From Isurus oxyrinchus (Eukaryota): a stretch of DNA of 64,000 bases. Below the pieces are notes generated by a model. That model ran no database searches. It was not told where the DNA came from and worked only from the letters and a program-made list of their open reading frames with translations. The position numbers and the translations under genes were made by a program. Each line of letters begins with the position of its first letter. The stretch's first letter is position 1. Where the stretch lies: assembly GCA_026770705.1 (NCBI GenBank), contig JANJGN010000036.1:1240001-1304000 (forward strand). Direction: 5' to 3'. Shown here piece by piece: positions 37,708-50,516 of the stretch.

Positions 37708-37803
37708 GATGGTGCATTTTGTTCCTGTGCCATAATTGGCAAAATTTTCGGGTTCTACTCTTCACCCTCACTCGGATTTGGATTCATTAAAGCGGTTAGT
37801 CAG
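37708..37803 (+). pseudogene. Orphan type A-related TM exon
   Basis: Homologous to 32907-32806 including flanking intron. Reads GWCILFLCHNWQNFRVLLFTLTRIWIH*. Donor gtgagt is intact, acceptor AG is lost. Confidence 0.8.
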
Positions 37804-38119
37804 GTGAGTATTGATGGTTAACAAGAATATCTCAACAAGCGTGTGCTAAAGTACTTCGTTTTTAAATGCTAAATGCAGTTTCTTGTTTTAAAAAAAAACC
37901 TGAGGGAATATCTCCCGCAAAAAAACCGACTAACTGAATCATTTTGTAAAATTAATCACTAACAATCTCGCTTTATTCATCACTGAGTCAAACCAGTTCA
38001 ATCCAAACACCCATTCCATTGGTATAGATACTTTAAAATTTTCCACGTCCTTTTCAGATTGATTCTAAGAACATGAACATTTACCATCTCATATTAATTT
38101 CAAGTGACCAATGATTAAA

Positions 38120-38500
38120 AGATCATAAGGAAGAGGTGCAAGAGTAGGCCCTCGATCCTGAGCCACCAATGAAAAGGATGTTGCCTAATGTGGTTGAGGC
38201 CTCAAGTGCATTTTCTGCAGATAACCCATGACCCCTTGTCAATGAAGCATTTTCCCAACTCATATTGAATATATTGAATGGCCCAGCCTCCAGTACTCTC
38301 TGGGGAAAGGAATTCCGAAAAACAAACGACCAACGAAAAGAAAAAGAAAAGTCTTCCGCATCTCCGTGTTAAATGGGAGGTCACTTATTCTGAAGCTGTG
38401 CCCCTAGTTCTGCACTCCCGCATGAGTCAAATATCCTCACAGCATCTATCCTGTGAAGCCTCCTCAGAATCCTATATGCTTCAATGAGTTCACCTATCAT
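38120..38500 (-). mobile_element. CR1 3' fragment shared with the 63090-63450 paralogous block
   Basis: Reverse-complement homology to 63090-63450 at the same position relative to the orphan TM exons. Confidence 0.7.
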
Positions 38501-38699
38501 TCTTAGATTTACAACCAGTAATGCTTATTTAATACTTTTGTCTGCATGTAATTTGAGTTTTCAATGAAAATTTCGCAAGGTTAACAGAGGGCAATAACCA
38601 GCAATTCATTTGTAGCGCAATCACTTTTATTGCTCCACCTGGAAACACACTGTCACCAACAAGGGAAGCATTAGTGAAGGCTCTGGGGTAATGCCTTCC

Positions 38700-41690
38700 A
38701 TACATCCATAGAAAAGTTACAGCACATGAGAACATTCGGCCTATCTTTTCCATACCAGCCCGAGAACACCCAGGTGTCCTTTCTAATCACACCTTCTTGC
38801 TCTCGGCCCATAGCCCTGCAGCCTACAGCACTTAAGGTGCAGATCTAGGTACTTTTAGAAAGGGTTTAGAGTTTCTGCCTATACCACCAATTTGGGTGGC
38901 GAATTCCAGAAACCCACTACGTATAAAAGTTCTTCCTCATCTCCCCCTAGACCTTCTGCCACTTATCGTGAACCTATGTTCCCTGGCTCTAGAATTCTCC
39001 ACCTAGGGAAACAATTTTATCCTGTCCAATCTATCTATTCGCTCATAATTTTGTACATCTAAATCAAGCCACCTCTTAGCCTTTTTTGTGCTAAGGAAAA
39101 TAACCCCAACCTATCCAATCTCTCTTCGTAGCTACAATTTTCTAACCCAGGCAACATTCCTGTAAACCTCCTCTGCACTCTTTCCAGAACTATTTTGTCC
39201 TTCCTGTAATATGGTTACCAGAACTGCACACAATACTCCAGTTGTGGCCTCACCATTGTTTTAGACACTTCCAACATGATACCCTCACTTTTATATTCCA
39301 TACCTCTGCCTTTGAAGGAGCGCATTCCATATCCCTTCTTTACAACCTTGTCTGCTTGAACCGCTGCCTTCAGGGACCTGTGTACTCGTACCACAAGATC
39401 TCTCACTTCATCTACCCCTCTTAGTATATTAACATTTAATGTGTATTCCCTGTAACAGTTTGACCTCTCTAAATGTATGACCTCACACTTGTCTACGTTA
39501 AAACCCATCTGTTACTTTACTGCCCACTCCACCTAACCATGTATAGCGTTTTGGAGTTGATGGCTACCTCTACACTATCCGCTACTCGACCAGTCTTTGT
39601 GTCATCTGCACATTTCCCAATCGTGCACTCCACGTTCACTTCCAAATTGTTAATATATAGCACAGGGTCCTAACACTGAGCACTGTGGAAAACCACTTGG
39701 GAAAAATTTTCATTCGCAAGAGCATCCATCGACAATTACCCATTGTTTCCTGTTACTGTTATCCAGTGTGCTACATTAACCTGAATCCCATGGGCGTTTA
39801 ATTTCCTGACCAATCTGCCATGTGGGACCTTTTGAAATGTCTTGCTATAATCCATGTACACAACATCGACTGCACTACCTTCATCAACTCTTCTTGGCAC
39901 TTCCTCAAATAACTCAATCAAATTTGTGAGGCAAGAGCTTCATTGAACAAATCCGTGCTGACCATCCCTGACTAGTCCATGCTTTTCCACATGACAGTTA
40001 ATCCTATCTCTCAAGATTGAGTCTACTAATTTGCTCACCACCGATGTAAAACTAAATGGCCTTCAATTGTTTGACATTTCCATTGATCCCTTTTTGAAAC
40101 AACGGAAGTACATTTGCATTTCTCCAGTCCTCGGGTACCTCCCCTGGATCTCATGAACATTGGAAAACCATCCTCAGAGCATCTGTTAGCTCTTGACTGA
40201 CTTCTTTCGGCAGCCTCTGAAATATCTGGTCTTGATGCCTTATCAACTTTCAAGGATTTCAACCCTCCGAGTACTTCCTCTCTCTTTATGACTACCCCGT
40301 CAAATATCTCGCAGTGTTACTCCTGGACTACTATATCTACATCTCCCTTTCCTTTTGTAAACACGGACACAAAATATTCATTCAAAATCCTTACCACAGC
40401 CTCTGCATCTACACACAAGTTTCCATCTTCATCTCTGATAGTCGCATTTTTCCTTAACTAACCTTTTAGCATTAATGTATTGGTAAAGCATCTTTGGGTT
40501 ATCTTTAACTTTACTGGCTAATCATTTTTCATGCCGTCTCTTTGATTTCCTTATTTCCTTTTTCATTTCGTCCCTGAACTTTCTATATTCAACTAGGCTA
40601 CCTGCAGTGCTTAATTCTTTCTGCCTTTCGTGCACATTCTTTTTCTGTCTAATCTTCCCCTGTATACCCGACAACCGGGTCGGGGGGGGGGGGGGGGGGT
40701 CTAGATTTGGCAGTATTACTCTTATTTTTGTCCTGTATACTCGACAACCAGGGGGCGGTCTAGATTTGGCAGTATTACTTTTATTTTTGCAGGGGACAAG
40801 TCTACTTTGTACAATTTGGATCTCGCCTTTAGTGCTTCCCAATGGTTTTCCACTGTTTTATCCTCTAGCAATCCTTCCCATTCCACCTCAGCCAAGTCCC
40901 TTCTCATTTCTGCAAATCTTGGCTTCCCCCAGTTCAAGGGTTTTACTCCTGCCTTATCTCTGTCCTTTTCCATGGTAATGCTACATCTAACTGAATTGTG
41001 ATCACTGTCCCTGATATGGTCGCCAACTGTCACTTCACCAACATGCACTTATTGGATCCCCAAGATTAGGGCTAGAATTGCATCTCCTCTCGTTGGGTTT
41101 GTCACGAATTGGTTGAAAATATTTTCCTGGACACACTGCATGTATTTTTCCTCCATTGCCCCTGATATTGCTTGAATCTTAGTTCATATTAGGATAGTTG
41201 ATGTATCCTACTATTAATGCCCTCTTGTTCTTTCAAGCAGATATTTGCCTACATACTTGTTCTTCTATCTCCCTTTCACTATTTGCGGGTCTGTAGTATA
41301 TTCCCAGTAGTGTGACTGTCCCTTTTTTATTTCTAAGCTCAATCCATAAAGTCTCGTTTGTTAACCCATTTAGTGTATCCTCCCTTCTCACAATTGGAAT
41401 TGATGCTTTAATCATTTGTGCTAACAACCCCAACTCCCCCATTCTCCTTTTTAACTTCTACTCTATCGTGTCTGAAGCCACTATAACCAGGGATATGAAG
41501 CTGCCAGTTTTGTCCCTCCTTTACTCAGGTCTCAGTTATAGCAGTGGCATCCTGCTGCAATATGTCTACCTGTGCCCTTAACTCATCTCCGTTGTTTGTA
41601 ATACTCCTTGCATTGAAGTAAAACAGTTTAACCCGGTCAATTTGCCTTGCTGGACACTTTGCAAACTTTGTTTCTCAAAGTCAGTTTCTT
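38700..41690 (-). mobile_element. Decayed CR1 LINE ORF2 (endonuclease plus RT) to 3' end
   Basis: Minus-strand ORFs: ETLWIELRNKKGTVTLLGIYYRP, SDHNSV, VDVVYMDYSKTFQKVPHGRL, FNVDKCEVIHL, VRPQLEYCVQFW. Internal tandem duplication at about 40660-40790. Confidence 0.9.
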
Positions 41691-43914
41691 TAGCCAGGAA
41701 TGGATTTTGCTGCATTGTAAACAACTCAAATGAGAATGCCAGAGGGAATCGAGAACTCAAATGGATTCCAGCAGATTTCCAAACGGATCCACTGATGTCA
41801 CAGTCAATAATTTAACTTTCAGTTTAAATCATCGGAGACTTTCAATCAACAACTAAACTCCCTTAATCTAGGTTGAGTAAAGGAATTAAAATTTATTTGG
41901 GTGGAGCCAGATATATCATTTCCTCAAGTGGGTGGAGTGTGTGTGTGAGTGTGTGTGTCTGTGCGTGTGGGGTGGTCGAGGCGGGGGGGGGGGGGGGGGG
42001 GGGGGGGTTGGGTTGGGGTGGTGGGGTTGGGGTGGGGTGGTGTGGAGTCGAGACCAAAGGGTCAGTACGTTCAATTTATAACCAAACCGTCCAGGGTTGT
42101 TGCCCAGAAACAACACTTCACACCAACGAATGGCTGTTGGGGAATTAAGTTATTGTGTGTTGTTGAAAACATGGTGTGCAGTGAGGGCTCAGGAACTTGA
42201 ACACCTCTGCAATTGTAGAGTTATCGCTGATTAGCACAGATTATGTTAAATAATCTCACACGTCACAGACATCTTCACCTTGAGCAATGTCCTTCTATTG
42301 TATATCCTGTAAATCTCTCTCTCCCTCACATACACCGACATTCATCACTCGGAGCTCGCACCCGTACAGGCACGTTATCCTGTCTGCTGAATTGCAAACT
42401 CTTATAGTTACACAGACACATTGATCCTCTCTATAAGCTTCAAGAATTAGAATATCTGCTTCTCCATTTTGGGTTGCTGCACTAGCACATGTATTTATGA
42501 AGTGAACCAGAACAAGTTCAGAAAGGGGATAAAGGATATGAAGCAATCATTTAAAACTCTGAGCTGATTCATCTTAACTTTTCGGTTTGAATTTGAAAAA
42601 CTGAAAAAACGTCACACCAATTTGGCAGCCACTCGCTCCGTCAGGGGGCGTGGCCGGTATTTAACGTAAAACAGCCGCCCGGCACGGGGTTGGTTGGGGG
42701 GGGGGGGGGGGGGTGGGAGGTGGGTGTGGGAGGCAAGAGGCGTTTCAGCGTGACCTAGAGAGGGGAGCAGGCCTTGAAGAGATTTAATACGGCCACAGTG
42801 GACAGGGCGGGGAACAACAGCAGCCACCACCTCTGTGAAAGTGTCCCTGCCGAAGAAGTTTAATCTCTCATGGAATTATTGTTCTCCTATTGAATTAATG
42901 GTCGCCCCTTTGGAACTCTGATAATATTTCTGCACTCCTTCCAAGGCAGGCAACCTCCCATCTTTCTTCATTCTTTATCTTTCTTGTTATGTGGCATCAC
43001 AAGTTTGTGTTATATACACATTTCATCCTCCCTAACCCCTCTATAAAATAATTCGCTGGGACATGAGTGTTCGCATTTCAGTCACATTGAAATGGCCTGG
43101 CCTCTCGGTTCCCTCATATAGCATGAGAACTCTGATTTTAAGTATAAAGACAGACTTGGATTTTGCAGTACCTTCCACTACCTCTGGGCATCCCAAAGCG
43201 ATTAACAATTAATCAAGTGGTTTGTTGAATTCTCGTCGCTGTTGTAACGCAGGAGACACAGCAGCCAATTTGTGCATAGCAAGCTCCCACAGCCATTAAT
43301 GTAACAATGAACAGATTTGATTGAGAGGCAGACATTGTCTCCAGCATACAGCGGAGAAGTCACCCCCGACTGCTCTTCTTCCAATAGAGGCTGTGCGATC
43401 ATTATATCCAACTTAATGGCTGAAAGGCCCGTGATTTGGCATTTCGTCTGGGAGTAAGCTTTAATGTAATGGAAACTACCAGCTGGAACCTGTAAGCATT
43501 TGGAAAATATTTACAGATTACTCCAGGCTTTCTTACAATTGGAATCTTTCTCTACTCCAGTTGTTGTTTCACATACTTGCCCCTGCGAATATCAAGCTTT
43601 TTATGCTTCTTAACCAGAAATGTCGAATCTTGTGAATTCACACCCTAGATAAACAAGATTGAAGTTTTACTGGCTTTGTTAACTTCAATCATACAGGCAA
43701 ACCAATTCAGCAATAATTGAATAAATCCATTAAAGGCCAATAAGAAATAAGATGAGAGATAAGTGGTAAAGTATATAATGGGATCGTTAGATTCTGCAGG
43801 TTCAGGTTAACAAATCCTTTCTAACAGCAATCAGGTTAGAAAGACCATTACAACGCGAAGAAAGGACTGGTGCTAATTTCCAGAGGAATTGAATGGAAAT
43901 GCAGAGACAATTAA

Positions 43915-44071
43915 CCATACTCTCTACTTCTCTGTAGCTCTGAAGAAGGGTCATACAGACTCGAAACGTTAACTTTCCTTTTCTCCAAACAGATTTTATC
44001 AGGCCTGCTGTGTTTTTGCAGCATTTTCTGTTTTCCTTTCAGATTTCCAATATCAGCCGTATTTTGCTTTT
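43915..44071 (+). mobile_element. Short Penelope-derived repeat with hammerhead-like core
   Basis: ctgaagaagggtcatacagactcgaaacgttaac; same insertion position as the 7194 copy within a duplicated block. Confidence 0.65.
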
Positions 44072-45529
44072 AAACTTATATATAACCGGCTTATATCATA
44101 CTCACCATACTGTTGGCAGTGTGTAAGGATGGCCTTTAAGGAGAGGAATAGGAAGGTCTACAAACAACACTGGAAGATTAGGAGACGCAGAGTCTGAGTT
44201 AAGGATTGAAAGAATGAGAGGGGAAAGGAGGCAAATTTCAAACACATGGTGCAGCATGACGCACTGAAGAGAGACACACAATGACTGCTTCCCCTTGAGT
44301 AGTTCCCATTCGTTGNNNNNNNNNNNNNNNNNNNNNNNNNNNNNNNNNNNNNNNNNNNNNNNNNNNNNNNNNNNNNNNNNNNNNNNNNNNNNNNNNNNNN
44401 NNNNNNNNNNNNNNNNNNNNNNNNNNNNNNNNNNNNNNNNNNNNNNNNNNNNNNNNNNNNNNNNNNNNNNNNNNNNNNNNNNNNNNNGTTGGATAATGTC
44501 AGAATCAAACAACCAGAGATCACTGGTGATCTGCACACTGTTGGATATTTCCAGAATCACTCACAAACATACACACACCTAGGAAGAGTCCACGACACAC
44601 ACGCAGCTCGTCTTTCCAAATCTACCCTCCGTCCCTCCGTTGGATACTGCCAGAATCACACGCACACACAAACACACATAGATAGAGACTCACCAGCACA
44701 CACACAAAGACACTCACTCACACACACACACATACACAAACAAAAACACATGCATACACACACTCAGGCAGAGTGCCCCACACTCCCCAATACTTTCCTT
44801 CCCAATCTACCATCCGTTTCCTATCATCATCAGACACCCGCAAATCACTGTGTGGACTCAGCTGGTTACTGCCAGAATCTCACACAGAGGGACACACGCA
44901 CACACACGCACAAAGACGCAACCAGCTTTACCAATCTGCCCTCTACTGGATGGTGCCAGAATCACGCAAACATACCTGCAGAAATCTACCCTCTTCTATC
45001 CCTGTGATAACACTCTACTAAATACATTACCATCATTTCCCATGATGTTCCCCGAGAATCAACCCCATGTGGTTATTTTAAATGATCTGAGGTATTTAGG
45101 CACATAGTCCTCTGTCTGTTTCACTGTCAATTTCAAATATGATCGATTTGTGACCATTTGCAGACAGAAGAAGAAACCTAAGTATTGCAAGGAGGAAACT
45201 GGAGCTTTCTAACAGCAAACTGCATTCTTCGCACCTCAATGCTGTTGACCCAATCGTCCACCACCTTCTACCAGCATGATCCTGGGATTCCACTTCTTCC
45301 TAATTCTTGGCATGAGCTGGTGTTGTCTATCATGCACGTGCAGTAGGAGCACATGGCGGGCGACCTCACTGCATCTAAAAGCAGCTTTGCCTCTTCTCGA
45401 ACGCCTCTCTCCTCGCTTAATTTTCGCAGATATCTATGCATACACATGTAATAAATGTGCAACTCTTCAATGGGAAAATGTGGGAGTTTGGACAATTTTA
45501 AAACTTCTGCCACCCATGAAGTTTGACAT

Positions 45530-48500
45530 GGTTGGCAGAGATTAGCTAAAAGGAGGAAATACTGGGGAATTTTCAACAGGCGATTGGGAAATTCTATTCA
45601 CATTATTTTGTATTAAAGACACTCCTAAAGCATCGACTGGCTTTAACCCTTTTGAACTAATTTACATTCATGAGGTAATGGGACCAATGAAATAGACCCA
45701 TGAGAAATTGATGGGTAAAACTTCTGAAACTACCCTGCTGGATTATGTATGAAACTTCAGGGAGAGATTACAAAGAGGATGTGAATTGGCTAGGGGACAT
45801 TTAAAGATATCACAGCAAGTTGTGAAAGTTAAAGCAGGCCAGAAGGCTGCAGCTCGGAATTTTGTTGCTGGAGAGAAATTGCTATTTCTGTTACCAGTCC
45901 TGGGTGACTCATTAAAAGCAAAGCTTAGTGGGGTTACTGGATTGAAAAGAAAGTGAGTGAAACGAATTATTTAATATCTGTTCGAGATAGAAGAAAGAAG
46001 TAGAGGGTGTGTCATGGAAATATGCTTCAAAAGTACTTTGAGAGGGAAAAGGGCCAAAAGAAGATTTTAGTAGTGGCAGTAAATGAGAAAGAGATGGAAA
46101 TGCAGGGCTACAGAATTTGTTTTCCTCAAATCAATTTGGATAATGAAGAGGCACTTGAAAATTCAAATGCAACATTGAGTTACCTGCCAGGCAACTGACT
46201 AAGTAATTTGGAAAACCTAAAGCTATTGCAGTCACACAAAGCTATTTGTGGCAATAAGTTGGTGAGGACAGATTTAGCTATACATGGTGTCTCTGTAGAA
46301 GTTGTTTTGTGAGCAGGGCAACACACTTACAGATTAAATCTGACAAAATTTTCAGTAGGACATAAAGAAATTGATTTCATGCTTCAAAATGATAACATTG
46401 AGCCTAGTTGCAGCAAGGGGAGTTCTCCTAGAGAATTGATACTGGAACAGGATGGAACATAATGACTGGGTGTGGAACATCAGAACTTGAATGCGGTGAC
46501 AAAAGTGGGTTCATATCCTGTACCACGGTGGGACGACTGTACTGAGAGAGTGGGACAATGAACATTTATCCCAAACATTGTGTTGCGAAAAGAAAATTGG
46601 CAAGTACCACTATTGCAAAGGACAAAGGAGGTTTCGGCTTTTGTGTCACCAAATTAACTATATCAGTTTAAAGTCAGGCCATTTGGTATGAAGAATGCAT
46701 TGCGACATTTCAAACACTGGCAAACAAATTAAGTGCAGGTCTAAGCAATTACGCTGCTTATATTGATGACTTAATAACTGTAAGTCAGGCGTCGGGTAAG
46801 CAATTACAACATTTAGAAGAATTACTTACTCGATTAGAATAAGTTAATTTGGTGATGAACTTGGCTAAAAGTGAATTTGCAAAATCACAATCTACGTATC
46901 TAGGCCATGTAATTGGACGTGGTAAGATGACTCCCACAGAAGTGAAAGTCAAAGCTATTGTGGATTTCCCATTATCTACAACGAAACCAGAAGCTTTTAG
47001 ATTCCTGGGCATGAGCCAGTTTTAAAGGAAATTTGTACGTGATTTTAGCAGCGTCGTTGCTCCACTCACTGAACTATTAAAAAGGAACAAAAAGTTTCAA
47101 TAGACACTGGAGTATCAGAAGGCATTGACCGTTTGAAAACTGCATTAACCGCGACACCAGTTTTGAAAGCACCCAATTAGGCTAAGAAATTTAAGTTGGC
47201 CGATGACGCCATACAAGAATGTGACAGTAGAATTGAAAAACCGATAGGTTATTTTTCACCAAAGTTGAATACACAACAATGAAGATATGAAACGATTGTA
47301 AAGGAGGTGTTGGATTTAGTGTTGGCCTTGCAGCATTTTGAAATCTATGTAGCAAACAATTCATGAGAAATAATAGTTTATACAGAGCACAATTCTTTAA
47401 AGTTTCTGGTCAAATTTCGTGACAGAAGCGCAAGGCTATTCATATGGAGTATATTACAACAACCATTTAATCTACAGATTATACACGTTGCTGGTAGGGA
47501 AAATCTGATTTCATGTACATTATCAGGAGTTTGAAGTTTTAAAGTGAAAATTGGACATTTCCAACCTGGAGACTGAACTTGTATGTATTTTGTGGATATT
47601 AAGGATTTGTATTTAAATTCTTATGGTAATGCATGCACCTGGTAATGTAATAAAGTACATAGATAAGCATAGGAGGTAGCGTAAGGTGAGTTAATCAAAA
47701 TAAATCTGTCTTTTAGAATTATGAATGTTCATGTTTCGATAAGGATGGGCGATATTTATAATGTCACTGGAAATTACTTTAAAAGAGAGTTCATATTGTG
47801 TCTCTATCCAAAAAGCTGTGTCTTAATTGGATTAGAGCCTGCTGCTCTCGAGGCTTTGGTGCATAAAAGCGAAATAGTTTTGAAGTGTTAATTAGGCAAA
47901 CATAGGGAAGTTACAAGGTTAAGTGAAAAGTTGGCAGTTTTCATTTTAGAATAAGCCATTCAAAAGAGTGGGTGAAATATGGCATCTAGACAGATGAAGC
48001 TAAAGGCTGTGTTTATTTTTGGAAAGATTACTAATAAAATCGGTGTTTATCGAGGGTTTTATTGTTCGAAGAGGTACAGTTCAAAAAACCTAGTGATACA
48101 ATGAGAATTTGGATTCAAAGAGGAAAATATGTATAGTGGAAGAGAAGGCAATTGGTAAATCTGACAGGATACTAAGACCTAAAATTTCCATCCCGAAAGC
48201 CTCAAGGACCCAGAAAGAAACTCATTTTGAAATCGACTTTCCAGAGTGTTCTTGCCAGGGGTCTGTTTAATTATTTTTGCTTAGGTTTGCCTTAACGATG
48301 TCTAAGTGAGATTTGGAATAATTATGGGATTTTTAGAAGTTATTATAATAGCATTTTGTACTATTCTGTACATGCTTACAAAGTTTTAATTAGCAGATGT
48401 TTAATTTCATTTAACGAAAACCTCTTTAAACGTTGTAGTCATATTATATCGGAATTCAAAGTCTGCATTTCGAAACATACAAATTGCAAAAATTGGTTAT

Positions 48501-48540
48501 GGCAGTCGTTTCAAGTTTTCCTCCAGGATTTAAGACAACA
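45530..48540 (+). mobile_element. Decayed Ty3/gypsy LTR retrotransposon, Gmr1-like order INT-RT-RNaseH, with probable 3' LTR
   Basis: Integrase C-terminus TPKASTGFNPFELIY.HEVMGP at about 45620. RT EIDFMLQNDNIEPS, WQVPL, PFGMKNA and YAAYIDDL at about 46370-46770, then KSEFAKSQSTYLGHVIG and FRFLGM. RNaseH LALQHFEIYV and VAGREN up to about 47530. Many stops; LTR limits approximate. Confidence 0.85.
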
Positions 48541-50156
48541 CTGTCTTTCTTTGTTCTGCTTGCTGCTCTCTGGTGCGCACACCTAGATCAGCTGGAATTC
48601 CTGTTCATGGTGGAATCTGCTATTAACTTTCCAAAAATATACTTAATTCATAATACATGGGAAGACCCATTGCATGACTCCCAGGTTGACATAAAGTGTA
48701 ATGTAATTCATGTTTGTCCAGTACAGTATGTGGCACTCTGAGTTATTTCAATGCCATTACAACATGATTAGTTTTACAATTCGCATTTCATATCAAGCAT
48801 TCACTGGGTTGTGTTATAGAGATCAGATTAGCAGCAGCTTGGAACAAAATCCACAGAGCTCTGAAATAGTTTGCGAAGTATGAAACAAGTGTCAGCTCTA
48901 CTTCAGCTTCCATCTTTGGAGAAAATGGCTTTTGAATTTTATTTTCGTGGATATTTTTTCACTTCCCTAATACCCACACATCATGTCTGCTTACAGCTCA
49001 GATATATCAGGGCTCTCTCCATGTGGCACTAACTTACATTACTATTATTTATCAAGCAGGGTCTGCCTCACTTTGCCTTTCAGATTAAAGACGAAGCGGC
49101 AAATATAACAGGTCATTTCAGAATTCAGAACAAACTGTCGAAGGATGTCACAACCAGATTTAACTTTATGCTACCTCCATTACCAAATGTAATTTATGCC
49201 CAGGGACATCATGGTGGTCGGAATGACTGTGCTAATCATAATTATTTGGACTCGTAGACACTCGCCACATATAAACGGAAAAAAACAAAGATTAAGGGCT
49301 GAGACACTAACTTGTTATTTTTAATATTTTTATGGGTTGCTGGCATCGCTGCCTAGGTCAGCAATAATGTCCACTCCCACTTGCGTCTGTTGGGTACTGT
49401 CGTTATCATACACGCACACGCACAAAGGCAGACAAATACACCCACACACACACGCTCTCACAAAGACAGACTCTCACACACCCACTCTCTCTCGCTCTTG
49501 CGCTATTTCTCTCTCTCTTTCACACAGACGCTCTCACACAAGCTCACACACAGCTGTGTTTCCTTCTTGGTCTGAAATGTCGAAACTTGTGAATTCGCAT
49601 CCTAGATAATCAAGCTCACAAACAATCGATAGACTTTTACTGAACTATTAAATGCAATAATTCATTCAGCAATATTTGAATGTATTCATTAATACATTGA
49701 TGAATGTATTAATGAATACATTTCATTATGTAATCATTAATATATTTAATAAGTGGGAGATAATTGCTAAATTATATAATAGGAGCAGTTGTTCCAAAGG
49801 TTAAAGCTAACAAAACATTTCTATCAACAATCAGGTTAGCAAGAATATTCCAATGCGAAGGAAGAACTGGTGCTAATTCCCAGTTACTGAATTGAGAAGC
49901 AGAGAGGCTATATCAAAGTTAAATGCAACACTGCTTATACCACACTCAGCATACTGTTAACAGCATGAAATGATGGCATTTAAGGAAAGGAATAGGAGTG
50001 TGTGCAAGAAGCATTAGAAGCTCAGGAGGCACAGAGGTCTAATCGAAGGATTGAATGGTGCAGAGAGGAGCAAAGAGGCAATGTTCAAACTCATGACGCA
50101 GTATCAGGCACTGCAAAGACACACGCACGCCTTCATCTTTAGTGGCATCCCCTATA

Positions 50157-50209
<53 letters not shown>

Positions 50210-50482
50210 TGCACGCAAACGCTCTCGTGCGCACACAGGCACACACGGGCGTGCGCGCACACACACACACATAAATATGTGCGTGCACACACACACACAC
50301 ACAAACCCATATGCCTTAACCAATCGGCTGGATACTGTCAGAATCACACGCACACACATAAACAGAGATTTACCAATCTGCCCTCTGTTGGATACCGTCA
50401 GAATCACATGGACACTCGCAGACCTTCACCAATCTACAGTCCGCTGGACAGTGCCACAGTCTCTCTACAACTTTCTCTCTCT

Positions 50483-50516
<34 letters not shown>

